From: Zygnema circumcarinatum SAG 698-1b
Taxonomy: Eukaryota; Plantae; Zygnematophyceae
Length of the DNA stretch: 64,000 nt
Direction of reading: 5' to 3'
NCBI GenBank assembly: GCA_037447605.1
Contig: CM074810.1
Location: forward strand, 2,204,880-2,268,879
The position numbers and the translations under genes were made by a program. Below are positions 1 through 12,144 of this stretch, piece after piece. Within the stretch, counting starts at the first letter, position 1; the number at the start of each line of letters is the position of its first letter. The notes below the pieces were generated by a model, which saw nothing but the letters and a program-made list of their open reading frames with translations, searched no databases and was not told where the DNA came from.

Positions 1-1106
1 TTGGCTCCTTGTAGTAACCGCTCAAGGGCTGGGCAAGAGGGTCCCCTCCAACTCCTTTTCTTCGCAGTTGCGGGGAGGGAAGGGGATTGCCTGCTCCAAG
101 GTGAGGTTAACTCGGGGGTTGATCTCAGATCAACTTCTTGTTCCGCAGTCCACAATAGTCGTGACTATAAGTTGATCTCACATTGATTCTAGTGATTTTC
201 ATCGAGAGTTGGTCTCACAGAGGAGTGCGGGGAAGGGCTGCAGCTTGCAACGGAAGATTCCATCGTCGCTCTTCATGTAGTAGGCGTTCCTAATGGTGAG
301 TTTGTTCGCTGTTTAACGGAAAAAAACGGAGGCAGTTTAACAATCCTAGCTTGGCAGTCCTTCACCAAGGAAGCTTAAAATGTCAAATCTTAAAATCGAG
401 CAAATGTAGCCCTGTGATAGTTTTTGTGATTGTGTGAATAGACTATTCTAACCTCCCTCATGCTCGTGCTCATGTTTGTTGAACCATGGTGTGTTGGCAG
501 AGGACAAGGAGGAAATGGTAGTTGGCAGCCATGGCGGAATCCTGAACCGTTTCCGCATCAAAGACATCCCCGTGCAAGGGCGCGCTGCTCGGTACAACTC
601 CATTGGCTGGCTACGCATACCTCCAGATAAGAATAGGGGAGATAGAGAGGGAGAGGGCGAGAGCGAGCGAGGGATAGAGAAAAAGAGAGAGAGAGTTGGA
701 GAGGGAGAATTGACTATGCATACCCTCTGATAAGAATGAGCGAGAGAGAGGGAGACGGAGAGAGAGAGAGAGCGACGGAGGGAGTGAGAGAGAGAGTGGG
801 AGAGGGGGAATTGACTATGCATACCCTCTGATAAGAGTGAGCTAGAGAGAGGGAGACGGAGGAGAGAGAGAGCGACGGAGGGAGTGAGAGAGAGAGTGGG
901 AGAGGGAGAGGGAGAGGGAGAGGGAGACGAACGAGAGAGGTGTATGATAACCGGGAAGCTTATGCCTTTGCAGGGGGGTGAAAATAATGCGGCTCCAAGA
1001 CGGGGACCTCGTGAAGTCGGTTTCTTTAGTGCCGAGCTCCGGACTCGACCTCGCCGAGGAGACGCCTTTGACCACACCGGAACTCGACGCTGCGTTGGCG
1101 GGATAG
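1..1106 (+). CDS. GYRA: DNA gyrase subunit A (organellar), C-terminal beta-pinwheel exons; 5' part lies outside the window
   Basis: Exons <1-100, 244-295, 501-591 and 974-1106 have GT-AG borders and consistent phases. They splice to WLLVVTAQGLGKRVPSNSFSSQLRGGKGIACSK|LATEDSIVALHVVGVPNE|DKEEMVVGSHGGILNRFRIKDIPVQGRAAR|GVKIMRLQDGDLVKSVSLVPSS...AG*. These are typical GyrA CTD repeats (GxGKR; RxxRGVxxMRL). Not recovered by the ORF track. Confidence 0.9.
708..836. repeat. 28-bp direct repeat (AATTGACTATGCATACCCTCTGATAAGA) embedded in a GA-rich gyrA intron
   Basis: Copies at 708-735 and 809-836; the flanking GA-rich sequence is also similar. Confidence 0.8.
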
Positions 1107-1468
1107 CGCAACAACGGAGATAGAGGCACAAGGCAAAACGATGAGAGAGTAGGGCAAAGAGATAGAGGCACAGGGCAAAAAAAAAAATGAGAGAGTAGGG
1201 CAAAGGGAAAGAGGCACATACCAATGTGGTTCAGGAGCATAAGAAAGGGAGATGCAATGGTTAGAGGCACAGCGCAAAAGGAGGCCTTTCAAAATGGATT
1301 AACGTAAGGATACTTTATTCACTTTTTGAATGGTGGTGGCGTTTGGGCATGAGAAGCTTTTGATTGCAGCAGGATTGAGGGAGCCTTATAACATGTAACA
1401 CCCTATGAAAGAGTGCAAATCCTAATCCCTAAAATAGGATTTTTAAGAAAATGCAATTGTTGCAGCTA

Positions 1469-1680
1469 CTATGATTTGCCGTATTTTTCGACTTCTTCGT
1501 CGGGGATTTCCACGGGCCACTTCAATCCTGCTTCCTTGAAGAGCTGCTCCGTCTCCATGACCTCTGCCTGCTTCAAAATTCGTTTCCGCATGTGCTGCAC
1601 CGAGGAAAGCCAGGAAGCATGAGATGATGGAATAAGAAGAAAGATAAGAAGCAAGATGAGACAGAGGGTCAGAGAGAGGG

Positions 1681-1736
<56 letters not shown>

Positions 1737-1755
1737 TCCACTGCATAAAGAGAGA

Positions 1756-1803
<48 letters not shown>

Positions 1804-1938
1804 GAGAGAGAGAGAGGCCACTGCATGCCTCACCTGCGCAGCCATGACTGATCCATCCATCGTCTCCTCCACTCCATTCATGAATGTCACCTGCCGTACA
1901 TCACTTCTCGTTCATCATCTCCCTGCATGTACTCCTCT

Positions 1939-1981
<43 letters not shown>

Positions 1982-2637
1982 CCCCACACAGACCCACACT
2001 CACTATCCTCTCTCTCCGTGTTCGCCCACTTCTCTCCCTTCTCTCCTACAGTCTCCTTATTTGTACACATGCATGTTTTCAACCCACCCTCTTTAAAAGC
2101 CCCAAGCTCCCTACATCCTCAACCTCCGTAACACAAAATCTTACGAACTAAAACAATCTCAGAAGGAAAGCTTTGCACTACTTCCAGCTACTTTGAGGGC
2201 ATTTTAAAACGATGAGGGCTTTGGGCTTTAGAACTTCCTAAAGCTTTACGGAGAATCTTAGTCCGACAGTCTCAAAGTTATCCGCCCAAAATGTAACGAA
2301 ATGTAACTTTCGTCATTTTGGGTTTTCCAAAACTCTTTTTGGGTTGTTCCGAATTCTTTAGGTCTTCTTGCGATTTCTGTTTTTCCGAACCTTTTAGGCA
2401 AACCAGTCCCGAGGTTTGCACTTTTTCGAAAATTTTGGGGTTTTTTCCAGGGTTGAAGAGCCGCACCGTGACGGCAGGCGGCGCGTCGTCCGTCCTCGGT
2501 TTTACGGAAAGTTCGCAGTCCGGATTCGAGTTCCGCGCCTTCTGTGAAGTGCACTGCGAGAGAAACTCCAAAGACGAGGCGGACCGCGGATCAAAGGCGT
2601 TGAACTCGATGCGCACTTTGCGGAGATGCTTCAGCAT
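1469..2637 (-). CDS. MRPL53: Mitochondrial ribosomal protein mL53 (MRP-L53)
   Basis: Exons 2637-2467, 1890-1834 and 1594-1469 splice to MLKHLRKVRIEFNAFDPRSASSLEFLSQCTSQKARNSNPDCELSVKPRTDDAPPAVT|VTFMNGVEETMDGSVMAAQ|HMRKRILKQAEVMETEQLFKEAGLKWPVEIPDEE. This is colinear with plant mL53 as I recall it. The exact C-terminus is uncertain. Confidence 0.88.
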
Positions 2638-3366
2638 TGCAGAAACATACACACCACCCCCCCAAAAAAGAAAAAAAAACCCCTAAAATTCACTACTATT
2701 TGACTCAAACCCCCTCCTCTTAACCGCCTGGAATCGTCGACCCCGAGTGGACCCAACTGACCCCAAGAATGCAAGGAAGCTCAGAGCCACTTGAGACAGC
2801 TCAAATAAGTCCCTACAGCCCTAATTTTCGACTCGGAACCCCCACGTATTCGATTGAAATTAGGGCAAAATCGAGCCCCCTGAGAAGCCTTCAGCTGCCT
2901 TGAACCTGCTCTCAAAAAAGTGCGCTAGGGACTCTGTACGAACAGTACGGAACAGTTCTGTACGAATTGTACAGTTGTTACGGTACGGCACAAGGCTCCT
3001 GCTGTCCCTGCGCAAAGGTACGGGAATGTGGTCACAGGACGGCCTTACAGAAAGTAACAACATTCGAGTACGACGTAGGACGATGGTACAATCGTTTTGG
3101 ATGCGGGTATCCTACGTTTCGGGAGATGCCGAGGGGGCAAGCGGGCAGGCATCGTTTCGTACGCTTCTGTACTTTTTCTGTACTTGTTTGGTACTTTTTT
3201 TCTGTACCGTTTTATGCATTTGTTTGTACTTTTGGACGAAGTTTTTGTCCTGTAGTAGCACTCAAAAGTTTTTCTAACGTTGCTGATATGTCCAACGACG
3301 CGTGAAGCATCGGAGTTCGCCTGTTTTTCCACCCCAAACAGGGACGCTGGGGTATACAGTTAGAGG

Positions 3367-6300
3367 ATGGCTCAGCAGTCCGGGAACAGTATAGGGACGT
3401 TGGTAAGCGATGCTGGCTGCATGAGGAGCAGCAGCAGCAGCAGTTGGCTTCTTGGAGGGCTGTGAAGGGCGCTATTCTTGCAGGATGTTCAGGGGAACGT
3501 TCTATGAAAAGAATGGGAGATAATTTTAGGAATATTGTCGCAGGACTGTGTAGGAGTTTTCATCTTCCCTCAAAATCATGTTCCTTTTCAGACATTGTAA
3601 AAAGAAATTTGGAGTCGGAAAGAGGGAAGAAGAAATGTGTGCAGGCTTCTCTGGTTGCAGCTGAAATTGGAAAGCAGAAGCGCCAGCAATCAATTTTTAG
3701 GAATGTTTTGCTTCCTTGCGGAAGCAGCTTGCAGCTACAAAATGACAGCTTTTGTTTCAGAAAATTTCGTGCACCACATCAGTTTATTCGTAACATGACA
3801 GGGATTTCTTCTCCTTGGCACATTTCTGACAATATTGAGGAGCGCCTGTGTCTTCCTCCAGATTTTTCTGAAAGATTGCAGGCAGGTACTCCTAGCAGTA
3901 CGTTTTCGTCAGCAATTGAACTTGAACTTTACTAGACTCGACCAAATGTAATGTGAAATGTAGAATCAATGTAATGTAATGTAGAACACGAAGTCCCATT
4001 TCATCCTGCGGTTTTTTTTTTTCTAAAGAGCTTGTTTGAAAGCAAGGCATTGATTTTCCTCACGAAGCCGAACACAATGCTCAGATTCTNTTGATTGCAC
4101 TGTGGAACGTTCTAGAGTGCGAGAAACGGTGATCCTATATTAATGAATTATGTGAATATGCGAATAGATGATGAAATGAAGCTGTATGCAATGCTCTCTA
4201 GTTCTCTTGTATGAGTTTCTGGTTCTGTTCTGGCGGCTCAAAGTGCAGGTGATGCTGGGAAAGCTTGGCGTGCAGCTTCACTCTCGCGAACTACTTTTGA
4301 GAGCGCTTGTAGGTCCCCCTGTTTCCCTATCTATGATGTAGCCGCTACATGATCGAGATGATTCCGGAAAGTTTAAGATCAAAAATCCTTTTTCCTCTCG
4401 TTCTCCTTCTCGCATCATGCAGTTACTCTGCATACGATAATGTATTGCTCTTTTATGGATTTTGTTTGCGCATTTGTGGTAGGTACACGAGTCGTATTAC
4501 AACAACTATATGCCTTTCGGCATGCTTCCTTCAGGTGGTAAAGCATCTCTGGAAAACAAGGCAGCCAAGGACGAAGTCGGAGGACAGAGGGAGAGTAGTT
4601 TAGCAGGCGATGATGGTGGGGATGAAATTCCAAATTTTGATGCCCATAAAACGGTATGCACCATCTACAACGTGATTGCAGCACAGTGGGAGTAGGGATC
4701 GGCAGGGAGGGCGTGGGAGAAGGAAAGGGAGAAGGAAGGAAGAAATGTCTGGTTGAGAAAAAGAGAGGAGAGTAGATTGGGAGGGCAGGGAAGAAAGAAT
4801 CCAAAACCTTGAAAGCCATTTCTTGTGCAGGTCCGGTCGCATCTTGAATTCATAGGAGACGCTGTAATCGAATACGCCATCACCGATTATCTGGTTCGTC
4901 ATTTTGCTTCCGCTCCTATTGTACGTTTTCGCCTATGTGGTCTTTTTGTCAGCATCTCGTCGATTGCTGGGCTTTGGACTCACTTTCTAAAGCTTCTGTG
5001 GCAAGGAACCTTCATCTCTGTCGTCCTGGTCTATATTGGGAAACTGGTAATGAAATGAAGTGGCTAAATGGGTGATACAAGTATCCACTAAGGAAATCAA
5101 CAAAACGTATGTGAGATTCGAAGGGAGAATGGCAGAACTTGTGAAGTCGCCAACAAATGGGGGGTTGTGCTGATAGCTTCTTGGTAGCAGTTAATGCAGT
5201 GGAGGTCCCATGTGTTTAAATGAGCAAGTTCTTGAGAGTCGAGAAGTCTTAGAGAGAAATTATATTGGGAAGGTAAACTCTCTTGTGGTACTTCATGCCT
5301 CCTCTACCCCACCACCCTTCCCTCTCTCTTCCTATTCCCCATAACCATTAACAGAGCTTCCCTTGACAAGCATTTGTGTGGATGTGTCTCTGCAGGGGAA
5401 GTTGACAGTTAGGAGAGGCGAATTGGTAAGCTCCTACTCATTATCTGGAACTGGCCCTTATTTTGATTTCAATATTCCATGTCACTCGCGCTGTAGAAGG
5501 CAGGCATGCTAACTCTTCCGCTAGCGAACTTCAAACTCCTATTTACTGGGATATGGAGGAAAATCAACTATGAACTCATAGCTTTGATGTCATTTGTACG
5601 TTTGCTTCATGCAGGTGGCAAATAGGATCTTGGCGAGAGTAGGAGAAAGAAGCCTCGGCTTATTGGATGTACTTTTAACAGAACCTATGATTCGTCGGCC
5701 AGACACGCCTGCGGATGTTGCTTGTTTGCCGAGTAATGCTCATGTAAGTGGCCATGAAGTTGAGTTTTTGCGATTTCAAGTAGTGCATGTCTCTGCTTCT
5801 TGAGAATGCTTAGACTGGATATCGTTTCAAAGCTGATAGTGTATTCAACCATTGTGGTGTGCAGACATTTTACTGCAGATTCATGTTATAGATGTTTAGC
5901 TGATATCTTCCTCGTAGCTCCGAACCCTAAACCTAATGATAATGGGGCCGTTTGTCAACTCATTATTGGTGTGCCTGTCAAGTTTGCAGGCTGCTATGGT
6001 CTCCAATGCAGTGGAGATGCTGGTGGGGGCTGTGTATGTAGAGCAGGTAAGATTCACCGTTTGTTGTTAATGAAACAATGAAGGATGGGGAGTAGGTGAT
6101 TTGGTTCCTTACTTCTACCTGCTGTTCAAATCTCTTCTTTTATAAATTGTAACTTTCTAGTTCTGTGGATGTTTTGCAGGGAATAATTGGTGCAAGCTCC
6201 TTTGTATCTACTCGGCTCCTTCCCGAGATGGACAGAGAGGCTGAAGCTGAACCCCTTCACGGCATCAGCTTAGCGAGCATATCATCCATACCTCGGCGCC

Positions 6301-6573
6301 CAGCTCCGGTCCTTACAGCTCCTTCTCTCTAAAAAGCCTTACTAACATCTGTGATACATAACTGAATAGTTGAACATAATTATGTACATAGAAACGTAAC
6401 TGGGTGTGGAAGTGCAGCCAAGGTTTATCTATCGAATTCAGCTGCAGTCTGTGGAATCTTAAATTTGGAAATCTTGAAGCCGACGATGTTCTGCTATGTT
6501 CCGATATAAGGTATTCAACTGTATGAGAGGCAGTTCTATCTAGTTGAGTCGATGATGTTATTCAAACATTCCG

Positions 6574-6635
<62 letters not shown>

Positions 6636-7290
6636 TTCCATCCTTTTTTTTGACATTACTTGCTTCAAGTTGATGCAGGGGCAGAACCCTATTTCTGCTC
6701 TCCAGGAATGGACCGTCAAGTGCTTCGGTTTCTTACACCTTCCTGAATACGAGTATGCCCCGCCCCTCCTTCCCCCCTCCTCGCGTCCCGTTTTGCTTTG
6801 ACTTGGTATGAATTCACGATTAGTACAAATTGGACCTTTTTCTGGTTTTAAATTCTTCCTTTCCGAATTTCGCTTGTTAGCATTTGTTGTTCGCCTGCTC
6901 GTACCTTCATGGGAGCGGAGACTCGTCGGAGGGAACCTCCCTTTCGACCCATTCTCTGAATCTCTTCTCCTGTCCTTCACCGGCCCTTGTGACCTCCCCC
7001 ATGCAACGAACTACGAATGGGTACTCCCCATCTATTGTGTCTTGCTTTCCCGTCTTTTTGTTATTTGTGTCTGTTGCCGTTACGTTGTCTGTTCCGTGGG
7101 CTGCAACAGGGTGGGCATTGCCGAAGGAGAGAGTGAGTCGCAGCTTGTGAGTGTGACCGTATCTGTGAAAGGGGTGCCCCTAGCCACGGGATTGGGTGCC
7201 GATAAGGCGGCCGCCAAGAGGGACGCGGCAGCCAAGGCTTTGGAAGTTTTTGACGATGCGCTCCTCCGAAGAAACCCTTCATCGGAATAA
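3367..7290 (+). CDS. RNase III-like protein (one RNase III domain + C-terminal dsRBD), RTL type, ~318 aa
   Basis: Ten exons: 3367-3402 (tentative), 4249-4308, 4483-4653, 4831-4920, 5396-5425, 5615-5743, 5990-6046, 6180-6308, 6679-6752, 7110-7290. Motifs: LLLRAL|VHESY, HLEFIGDAV, GKLTVRRGEL|VAN, SNAVEMLVGAVYVEQ; dsRBD NPISALQEW...ADKAAAKRDAAAKAL. Confidence 0.85.
6578..6632. repeat. (GT)n microsatellite in an RNase III-like gene intron
   Basis: Uninterrupted gtgtgt run of about 27 units. Confidence 0.95.
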
Positions 7291-8701
7291 TATCAGCGGA
7301 AAGTTCGACTGCTGTGGGAAACGGAGGGAAAAGCATAGCCATGCCTTCGAAAATTTTAGACAATGAGGAAATGAGTTGAAATGTGCGATGCAGCCCCTTC
7401 TGAGCTGTAAATATCAGTCAGTCAGTGGCGGTCGGATGGCGGATTGGATCGACGCTTCGCGTCTCTAGAATATGGAGAAGGAAAATTGGACTTTTATTCA
7501 TGTCATTGCGTTTCTATAGTCCAACTTTTAACTTTTCTTTTTCATTCAGACTTTGCTGGCGTGGTCGATTTTTAATGTGTTTTGGCAAGTGCGGTTGAAT
7601 CATTTGGAGACGGGGAAAGTTGAATGGACCTCTCGGAATTCGTGTCTGAAAATGGGGGTAAACTAACTGAATCGAATTACCAATTAGAAACCGACACGTG
7701 GCGCATTGCGCTCTTCAAGTTCCACGTCGTCCGCGCTTTTTGTGAAAAGTCCAGTTTTGTGTAGGTGCCACGTGGCGTGAGGTGCCGCGTGGATTGCTCG
7801 TGCCGTGGCATGCCACGTGTCACGCCACGTGGACTCCACGCGCTCTTTCTCGTTGGCCAAGCCCCACCCCTCCGGCATCCAACTAGCTGGCTCGTGCGGG
7901 CGGTTTTCATCCAACTGGTTAAATGAAGTTGGAACGAACACAACTTGCAACCCCAGCCCTCACGCAGACCCTAAAAGTCGTGTCTGTGGTGCAAGGCATG
8001 AGGGCACCCACTCTTTCGGTGGGGCCCATGCATGCATGCATGCATGGCTCGCATGGACCCATATCATATTTCACGCATGAAGGGCCCATACAACGACAAT
8101 AACAACGACATGCATCCTTACATGCGATACAAATCCGCTCGAATCTGACCCACAGAAGACAGGAGACGTGCAGAGAACGGCGGCCGAACTGTGCGCGTAA
8201 GAAATAAGACGAAGAAACACCATTTTTAATTTACTGTTTCTCGCATTTACAGAGAATGAGTCCACATGGAAACCGTCAACTAGAGGAACCTGTTATTTGA
8301 TCAGAAGCCGTAACGGGAGACGGCACTCATCATGTGCATAGAACTCTTCTAAAAGAGACAGACATGTCCATGGCTCGAAGAAGAGGCCATAGCTAGCTAC
8401 AGTGGGTAATTTTACCCCCACTTTTTAATGCCCCTTTTTACATCTCATAATATATCGCCAATATCATATACCGGCGAGTACAGGTGACATCTATTCCAAT
8501 ATCCTAAACCCAAAAACCCAAAAAACCCTGAAAACATCCTAAGATCGCAGATTTGTCTGCATCAGCCTACTCCAGAATCCCCAACATCCAACCCTAAAAC
8601 CGAGCAAAATCTGACAGACCATCGAACCAACTATTTACCAATCTCTTTTTTTTTCACATCGGCTTATTTTCCATGTCAGTGCAGAATCCGAAACACCTTG
8701 T

Positions 8702-10273
8702 TCATTGCGACTTTGATTGTGATTCTGATTCTGATCTTGACATGCTCCTCCAGTGCGTAATGAAGTTCAGGCGGGCGCAGGCGTGCCCTTGAAGAGCCGC
8801 CTTTTGATACCATTCCATGGCTGCCTCCCTGTCCTTTGGCAGGCCCAGGCCCCGCCCATAGCAGACCCCGAGACTGTTCTGAGCTCGCGCGTAGCCTTCA
8901 TCAGCCGCCTTCCTGTACCACTCTGCCGCCCTCTGCAGGTCTACAGACACACCTTGCCCTGTTTGAAAGCACAACCCTAAATTGTGTTGAGCGCATGCAT
9001 TCCCTTGCGCCGCCGCCTTTCTATACCAAGAGACTGCTTCTTGTAAGTCTACGGCTACACCAAGTCCGTACTGATAGCACCATCCTGTGCTGTTTTGAGC
9101 TCCTGCATGCCCCTGAACAGCGGCTTTCTTGTACCACTCCGCCGCCTCCTGCAAACTTCTTGCAACGCCCAATCCGTTACGATAGCACAACCCTAATCTG
9201 TTCTGACTCTGTGCGTCTCCTTGGTTAGCCGCCTTTCTATACCACTCCGCTGCACTTGGCAAGTTCTTCGACACGCCAACACCGTTCTCATAACACAACG
9301 CTAATCTCCTCTGGGCGCAGGCATTCCCCTGCACTGCCGCTTTATCAATAAGCTCCAAGGCTTGGTTTACATCTTGAGGCACTCCGCTCCCCTCCAAGTA
9401 ACACTCTCCCAGCAAACATTGCCCCTCCGCATCTCCTTCCGCCGCGGCCTTCTTGTAAAGGTCCACTGCTCGTTCAGCGTCTTTAGGGAAGCCCCTCCCT
9501 TTCATGAAGCATCTTCCAAGAGCGCATTGCCCTGCAGGTAGACCCTGTCCGGCCGCCTTCCTGTAATACTCAGTCGCTAGAATAATGTCTCGGTCTATTC
9601 CTCTCCCATACTCATAACAAACTCCCAACCTGCACTGAGCCTTTGCATGCCCTTTATCTGCAGCCCTAAGAAAGTGCTCTGCAGCTTTTGCAAGGTCGAC
9701 GATTGCCCCTTCGCTTCCTTCATAGCGCAACCCCAGATTGTAATCTGCCTCGATACGCTCAACTTCTCTGCTGTTCCCCGCTCTGTCAACCTTCCTATCG
9801 CACTCGTTCGCCTCTTGAACCTCCTTCCAGAGTCGACTCGTCTCCTTCACCTGGTCGACTGGTTGCAGATTCTCAGAGAGACAGAACGAGCTCTCGCATT
9901 GGCGAACAAGCACTTGCAGATCCTTGATGCTGTTCGATATCTGATTGTACAATTGCAGAGGATATGCGTCGCTGCTGCAACTGCACATCTTCGCTATTCG
10001 TATGGCCGCCATGGAGTGCAGCAGAACCTCCTGCATGGGGCACTCCTCCAAGAGAGGGGCCTGCTCCTCCGCAAGCTCCACCAGGCGCCGCACTCTCTCG
10101 CAGAGAAACTTCCCCTGCCGCACGTGCGAAGCTGCTTTCTCCCACTCCTGCTCCATCTCCACCACCAATTGGCGCGCACTAACAGCAGAACCGCCATAGC
10201 TGCCTCTCCTCTTGCTGCTTCCTTGCCGTTCCGGCTGCACTCTCCTGCTAAAAAACTGCTTGGCGGCCGCCAT
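8702..10273 (-). CDS. Intronless protein: N-terminal MLKL/MCAfunc-like four-helix bundle + 9 SEL1-like repeats
   Basis: The ORF track gives 560 aa; the probable start is MAAAK at 10273 (523 aa). It has nine ~36-aa repeats of the form AxAQxxLGxCYxxGxGVxxDxxxAxEWYRKAAxQG. The N-terminal segment LVVEMEQEWEKAASHVRQGKFLCERVRRLVE...AIRIAKMCSCS aligns by eye with the N-termini at 59218 and 64000. Confidence 0.88.
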   Translation of the reverse strand: MAAAKQFFSRRVQPERQGSSKRRGSYGGSAVSARQLVVEMEQEWEKAASHVRQGKFLCERVRRLVELAEEQAPLLEECPMQEVLLHSMAAIRIAKMCSCSSDAYPLQLYNQISNSIKDLQVLVRQCESSFCLSENLQPVDQVKETSRLWKEVQEANECDRKVDRAGNSREVERIEADYNLGLRYEGSEGAIVDLAKAAEHFLRAADKGHAKAQCRLGVCYEYGRGIDRDIILATEYYRKAAGQGLPAGQCALGRCFMKGRGFPKDAERAVDLYKKAAAEGDAEGQCLLGECYLEGSGVPQDVNQALELIDKAAVQGNACAQRRLALCYENGVGVSKNLPSAAEWYRKAANQGDAQSQNRLGLCYRNGLGVARSLQEAAEWYKKAAVQGHAGAQNSTGWCYQYGLGVAVDLQEAVSWYRKAAAQGNACAQHNLGLCFQTGQGVSVDLQRAAEWYRKAADEGYARAQNSLGVCYGRGLGLPKDREAAMEWYQKAALQGHACARLNFITHWRSMSRSESESQSKSQ

Positions 10274-12144
10274 GGATATGAGCTTGATGAATATTTGGAT
10301 CTCGTCTCTCAGCCCTCTTGTGATAGGCCCCCTCCAGAACCCTAAACCCTCCCTCCGCTCCTCCCTCCCTCCCTCGCCTTGCAAGAGCTCAACGGGCTTC
10401 TCCCTCTCCCTCTCTCTCCACCATATGCCTTCAAGAGGACGCTGAGAGGGCTGACTTTATCGAGGGGTCGGCGGCGAGTTCGGGCGTTCCATGTGAGGCA
10501 GTATTGAGTTCGCAGTTTCGAATCTTACCGGAAGATTCTCAGCAGTTCGCAAGTCAATTTCGTACGATATACAGCGACAAAATCATACGGAACAGATCTT
10601 TGTCGTATTAGGATCATACAGATCGGATTCCGGTTTCAAGTCTAAATCGAAATTTTGGGCCAAAAGGAGTTAAGAAAGCGGTTTACGAAAGTTTTTTTTG
10701 TACGAGATTTGTACGCAAAAGGAAAATGTCGGTAAGCTGGAAGTTGGTGCGGTTTGTAGGAGGAGTATGACGTGGAGCACTCTTATTGGTCGAAAAAGAG
10801 GAAAAAAATTCATAAATAAGTTGACTTTTGAGCACAGTTTGCGTGAGACCGCAGAAAACTTAGAACCCGGCGGTTTGCAACACTCAAAAATCAAAAGATT
10901 TGATTATTATTCGAATACAAATTGAGTGGTTTTTTCTAGAGTGACTACGTGGCACCTTCCGATTGGTGCCTTTATGAAGACTTTTTTGGCGGTTTCGCAA
11001 CTTGAAGAGAGCCAGTGGTTGGCGATGGCTGGGCTTTCCAGAAAACGACAGGATGTATTTGATGATACGACGAAAAGACATCCGCTAAATGCGTTAGTCG
11101 AATTAAATGGTTCCGGTGTACGGCACCGCCCAACCCCTTGTCCGTTAGCAGTACGCACCGCCAGTTCCTTTTCTGTTTGAAGTTGACCTTGGATTGTCTT
11201 TTTGGACTGACACAAATTTGGGTGTCAAAATGGACGCGGCTGGACAGGTACCAAAAAAATGATCCAAAAAAGGAAAAAAAAATCAGAAACCAATCCGCGA
11301 TCGCCACGTAGAATCGAATCTGCCCGTCTTTTAATTGAGGCTTTTGATCGTTCTGAAAAACGTGCTGATTCAGGTTTTGGCAAGGGAAGTGGACCGCTAC
11401 ACGACAAAAAAACCCAAAAATCATCGACTGAAGAAAAATTACCCTTCAAAACAATAATTTACTAAAAAGGAAAAAAAATCTGGTTTTGTCAAATTTTTCG
11501 TTTTTAGGCGTCACGCTGACGTCACTTCCAGGAGGCGGAGCAGCGCCCGCCGCTTCGGTGTCGCCGGCGCCTTCCTCCAAAAGTTGTGTAAGGGTCACGA
11601 CAAAGTACTGTCACTTGCCCTGCCCCGATTCGCATGACCTGTCTTTACCGAGGTTTTTGTCCTTTATCGATGGTTCCTCCGCACTTGGCGGCTCGCTGGA
11701 CTACGGTCACGTCACGTCACGTCCGTCACGTCACGTTGCTGGGGTGTGAGCCGTGTGACACGCACAAAAATTTTGGAACGGGTTTTTGCACAGCGGCGGA
11801 AACCGTGCGATGTTTCAGGGGGGGTCCTTCTGGAGGCAAAAACCCCGAAAACTCGCCAATCACAGGTCGTCAGCTGGCGCTTTCCCGGCCACGCTGGACT
11901 GTACGTCATCCGTACCTGGCCGCCGTCGCGACAGGATTTTCCTGCCCGTTGCACATGCGACAATCTTGCCGCCCATGACCTGCCGGAGGACGGTCAAGGA
12001 AGCTTTTGGCCACGTCAGAGGGAATCTGGCACTGTCCTGCGGTTGGCGGGAGAATTCCTTGAGATTCGGCAGAATTTTTTGGTGCGTCGCAGGAATGAAG
12101 TCACCGCACGAGGGAGATTCCCAAGAGGAATTTTACCTAGTGAT

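Noticed and set aside
3444-3935. 163-aa ORF
   Set aside because: Non-ATG start, no recognisable motif, lies within predicted intron 1 of the RNase III gene.
7649-8424. Possible TIR element (AAAATGGGGGTAAAA...TTTTACCCCCACTTTT) with a CACGTG cluster at 7690-7840
   Set aside because: Only ~15 bp of imperfect inverted match and no TSD. The G-box cluster lies 3' of both flanking genes, so a promoter role is unsupported.
9647-10345. 232-aa plus-strand ORF, and the 302-aa ORF at 39628-40536
   Set aside because: Antisense shadows of the SEL1 genes.
10930-11330. Imperfect inverted repeat around CTACGTGGC...GATTGGT
   Set aside because: Too short and degenerate; no termini or TSD identifiable.
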